Shown here: in pieces, positions 32,173 to 35,049 of the stretch | Numbering within the stretch: position 1 is the first letter of the stretch | Layout of the letters: each line of letters begins with the position of its first letter | Made by a program: the position numbers and the translations under genes | Notes under the pieces: generated by a model | What the model saw: only the letters and a program-made list of their open reading frames with translations | The model's database searches: none | What the model was told of the DNA's origin: nothing | DNA from: Asterionella formosa | Taxonomy: Eukaryota | Direction of reading: 5' to 3' | DNA length: 35,049 bases | Assembly: GCA_002256025.1 (NCBI GenBank) | Contig: NKIB01000132.1 | Coordinates: 1-35,049, forward strand

Positions 32173-35049
32173 ATGCGGAGCTCTAGGCCTTCTGTTGACG
32201 GAGTAAATAAAAAGGGCGATGAAGTCGAAGTCGACTCAACCGTTTACCGCCCGCAATTGGGTTCATTGTATGACTCAGGCACAACAAATGTTAGGCACAA
32301 CGACGAATCAGCCCAAAATAATGAATCAGTGGAGATGATGGCACAATATAATGACTCCAAAATGGATGGTATGAGCGAATCGATAGCAGGTCTTGGAAAC
32401 AGTTTTCAAACATTCCACCACTATCAGGCGAATGCCAGAATTACTGGGAAATACGGTCTTAAGAAAACGAAGGGCAGTGTTTATGCCAACTATGAAACTC
32501 TCATGCTGCTCGGTGGATCGGCGAATTCCGGTATTTACATGGTCAAGAGGAAGCAAAGAATCAATACTGCGAAGCCTGAACACAAGAACTGGAGAACGTC
32601 AATATTTGATGGCAACAAATCCAAAGAGCCACCGGGGGATGAGATCTACACTCTGAAAGTCCTTCTAATCAATACCGTTGATGACATAAGGCATTCTAGG
32701 ATAGTCGCACTTTTTCACGACATTGATGTATTTAAGGATATACAGCATCCGAATATCGTGAAACTGTTTGAATACTACGAGCGACACGACAGGGTCTATT
32801 TGATTTTGGAGAACTGCAGTGGAGGTAATCTTGCCGGACGGTGCCCTTATAGTGAATCAGAAGCCGCGCAAATCGTCACCAAAGTATTAAATGCTGTGAA
32901 GTATATGAAAGACCGCGGTATAATACACACGGCATTGAAATTGGAAAATATCCTTTTCGTGGATAATAGCCCGAAATCCGATATTAAAATTGCTGATTTT
33001 ACAGATGGCAAGGCTATGAGGGAGCGCCACGATGCAGCAGATGGTGGAAATCATGCAATATACGCGACAGCACCCGAGACCTTTGAGGGAGAGTATACTG
33101 GTCAATCAGATCTTTGGAGTATTGGTGTAATCACCTACATTATTTTGAGTCGCCAGGCTCCCTTTACTGGAAAGCGTACTGTGGAACAGATTAAACGAGG
33201 TCGCTACAGTTTTGATCATCCGGTTTGGGAAAAAATTTCAAAAAGTGCCAAGGACTTCATTCGGTTACTTTTACAGTTGGATCCCAACACAAGGCCAACG
33301 TTACAACATGCCATGAAGCACCCATGGCTAGTCAAACGAGCACTTCCACTGGGATTTCACACACACGTGACCGCACCAGTAACCAATGCGGAAGCCATAT
33401 GCATGGATCGAGTGCGCAGTGCATCTCAGTTCAAAAGAGGGGCTTTAGATGCCATTTCTGAAATCTCGTCGAAGAGGGAAATCCAAGAGATTTGTAAGTG
33501 GTGCACTCAGTTTGACGATACCAAAATGGGCAAAACAACATATTCGGAATTTAAATTGGCTTTGCAGGCTGTTGGATATACTTCTCAAGATATCGAAGCA
33601 GTGTTTGCAGCCTCCGAAGTAGACTGCAACGATTGGTTCTTTTTCCGAGATTTCTTGGCGGCGACTTTGGAAGTCAAGGGCCGAAAACAAGAAATCATAT
33701 TGATTCAGGCCTTTGATAGTAAGTTCCGAGATGAAGGTGCTTACATTTCAGAACATGAATTGTCTGGGTTGCTGGAATGTGTTGGAGAAAGCGGAAGCGC
33801 GAAAGATTTGTTTTTGGAAGCAGATTGGGATAGTGACCGCAAAAGTAAGTGATAAATTATATCGCTCGCCTGTATTGCAGATGTTAAGCCCTCACCCTTT
33901 GCCGTGAGAATAGTCTTGTTCAAGGAGTTCATGTTAGCTTTTAACCGTCAGACGAGAAAGTACAGTTGGGATATTTCGAGAAACTACGAGTACTCCATCA
34001 CTGCAGCCGTGAACATTAACACATTAAGCATTTTGCGGGAGCCATCCAAGTTCGCAGGCCTTCGAAAGTATAAGAAACTTGGAATTATTGGAGGGACACC
34101 TGTCACATGTATTCACCTAGTGAAAGAGAATGATAGAAGTGGCATCGTGCAGAATGGAAAATATCGCCGAGAGCAATCAAATTTTAGCAAGTTACTGGAC
34201 AACGTTTTCGGTAACGATCCCACCCATGCTCAGTCGATGATGATTGATATCACAACTATTGGCCAATTTGCAATGAAGACTTTTACAGGAACCACATCAG
34301 AGGCCGAATGCAAGCTCAGATCTGAAGCTCAGCTGTTAAGTGAAATGAATCATCCCAATATCGCTATCATTAAGGATTTTTTCGAGGAATACGGTCAGTT
34401 CTACTTAGTAATGGAATTGTGTATTGGAGGAAACCTGTATTCTCGTTTTCCGTACTCTGAACAAGATGCTGCGAGAATTACCTACAAGCTTCTATCTGCA
34501 GTGAACTATTTGCACACACGAGGTATCATCCACGGTGCAATAAGTCTAGAAACGGTTGTTTTTGCGAATACAAGCAGGACCAGCGAAGTGAAAATCATCA
34601 ATTTCGGCCTCAGTAGAAAGTATATGGGTCACGAGAGAGAGAATTTGGATGTAGCTGACTCGACTATCTACTCTGCTTCCCCCGAGAGTTTCCGAGGAGT
34701 ATACTTGCGAAATGGGGACATTTGGAGTATCGGTGTTATTGTGTACTATCTGCTTTCCGGTAGCAAACCATTTGGTGGAAAGGACATGAAAGATGACATC
34801 ATGAGTGGAAACTATGACTTTGAGAGTAATGAATGGAGTGCAAAGGCGAGAACGTTTATCCAGCATCTTTTGATTGTCAACTCCAGCCACCGACCAGAGG
34901 CGAAGGAGGCAATTCAGCACCCATGGTTGCGTAAGCAGACTTGGGATGGAACCCGTGTTGATACCGATCAATCGCAAGGCAACGGCGCCCAAGGAGAGAA
35001 GATAATCCGTGAAGCCGAATTTAAGCGCGTGACCTTAAATGCTTTGGCT
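32173..35049 (+). CDS. Tandem CDPK-like protein: pseudokinase, 4 degenerate EF-hands, second pseudokinase; exons 32173-33844 and 33914 to beyond 35049 (3' partial)
   Basis: Kinase 1: HPNIVKL, LENCSGGNL, IIHTALKLENILF, IADFTDG, APE, DLWSIGV, HPWL. A phase-1 intron GTAAGT...AATAG completes EF-hand DWDSDRK|ILFKEF. The frame then stays open to the window end: HPNIAII, MELCIGGNL, IIHGAISLETVVF, IINFGL, SPE, DIWSIGV, HPWL. Confidence 0.9.

Noticed and set aside
34546..34992. 148-aa minus-strand ORF and other antisense ORFs over the six genes
   Set aside because: Shadow frames opposite well-supported coding sequence.

Overview
Eukaryotic nuclear DNA, most likely from a diatom. This is inferred from short GT-AG introns with CTRAY-type branch points, compact genes and two decayed Ty1/copia elements resembling the diatom CoDi type. 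Six intact genes can be reconstructed. They are a 4-exon 317-aa protein with a 2H-phosphoesterase-like pattern (4142-5412 +), an intronless Zn-dependent MDR dehydrogenase (5574-6671 -), DNA polymerase delta subunit 3 (7225-8492 +), a 596-aa repeat protein (8827-10617 -), a 3-exon PPIP5K/VIP1 that appears to end in a transmembrane tail anchor (19677-23616 -), and a tandem CDPK-derived protein whose two kinase domains both lack the catalytic Asp (32173 to beyond 35049, +). The rest is a patchwork of decayed mobile DNA: two copia remnants, a PIF/Harbinger element nested in a copia 3' LTR, two unclassified inverted-repeat families, a 1.6-kb dispersed repeat, and MITE/foldback pieces. Non-coding DNA is strongly enriched in TA-CC(n)GG-TA motifs that parse like stacked transposon excision footprints. 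All family assignments come from motif recognition by eye; no database search was run.
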